A DNA stretch of 64,000 nucleotides. It comes from Daphnia carinata. Taxonomy: Eukaryota. The stretch is taken from assembly GCF_022539665.2 (NCBI RefSeq), contig NC_081331.1, positions 5,580,001 through 5,644,000 on the forward strand, written 5' to 3'. The number at the start of each line of letters is the position of its first letter. The first letter of the stretch is position 1. This document shows positions 63,300-64,000 of the stretch, one piece after another. The translations under genes were made by a program, and so were the position numbers. Below the pieces are notes generated by a model that had not been told where the DNA came from, searched no databases, and saw nothing but the letters and a program-made list of their open reading frames with translations.

Positions 63300-63652
63300 A
63301 TGGAGAAAAACGCGTGGCTGGAGGAACAATTGAAAAATGGATAAGATAATACAACAAAAGGATGGTAAGTATAAACATTATTATAGTGGTTTTCAATTAT
63401 TAATTATTGTTTATTAGATCAAATTATGAAGCTGCAGGCCCAATTATTGGAACAACACAAAATATTAGATACTGGTTGATCGGCCTATCTAGGAACAAAC
63501 ATTTTCCTTTTTCCCATTCAGGCTGTGAGACAAATTTGATTGTTTGTTATAACTACAACAACATTCCCTGCATAACGAAGGGAATGTTTACATTTTCTTT
63601 AGTGAACTTTTCCCTGAACTGTTGCCTGAAGTTAAAAATGTTTTGGAATATT
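63300..63652 (+). other. Possible small-exon gene or pseudogene fragment encoding a coiled coil
   Basis: ATG63337..GATG|gtaagt (63365), 53-nt intron, ttag|ATCAA (63418) splice in frame to MDKIIQQKDDQIMKLQAQLLEQHKILDT. Upstream MEKNAWLEEQLK is out of frame by one base in an A run. A further exon-like piece reads ELFPELLPEVKNVLEYL. Confidence 0.35.
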
Positions 63653-64000
63653 TGGTTGGAGTTACGCTGATAATATTCAGTTGCAGTAATTGGATCTTGT
63701 CCTCTTTCTTGAGCAGCGTTTTGCCTTTTCAGCCATCGAAGAGGTGCTCAAAGATTATTAATTTTCTATCAATGACTGTCATTTGCCAAACATGTCTTCT
63801 TAAATAATTTGGTAATTGATTGATGGTTTCTAGATCATGAGTTTATTAAACAAAATATAATGGCCCCTAAAGATGTTTCATTTCGTTGGCATTGCAGCGA
63901 TGAACATCATACGTGGACTTTTTAGGTATGAAAGGAATTTTCTTGAAAATTTTTTGAATTTATGACAAAGCATTTCTCCTGCTTTTTGCCAACCATGTCT

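Overview
Eukaryotic, intron-rich genomic DNA. The many 50-80 nt introns, gene content and high CpG frequency suggest a small-genome arthropod, plausibly a branchiopod crustacean such as Daphnia (inference). Seven multi-exon protein-coding genes can be spliced together by hand: a Rubicon-homology autophagy regulator (-), an uncharacterised secreted Cys-containing protein with a Pro/Thr repeat linker (-), cactin (+), inositol-3-phosphate synthase (-), two tandem TkR86C/natalisin-receptor-like GPCRs with identical exon structure (-), and an astacin metalloprotease with three ShKT domains (+). Non-genic features are a ~1 kb non-autonomous Helitron-like element carrying two divergent tRNA-like A/B-box heads, a disabled cathepsin B last-exon fragment, a foldback/MITE-like repeat, and several short degenerate fragments. 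The two most notable observations are a 437-bp CpG-free segment whose broken reading frame resembles a decayed viral/env-type glycoprotein, and two alternative in-frame terminal exons for the second GPCR. No rRNA, intact tRNA gene or CRISPR array was found. Exon boundaries were read manually and may be off by a few bases; no database searches were run.
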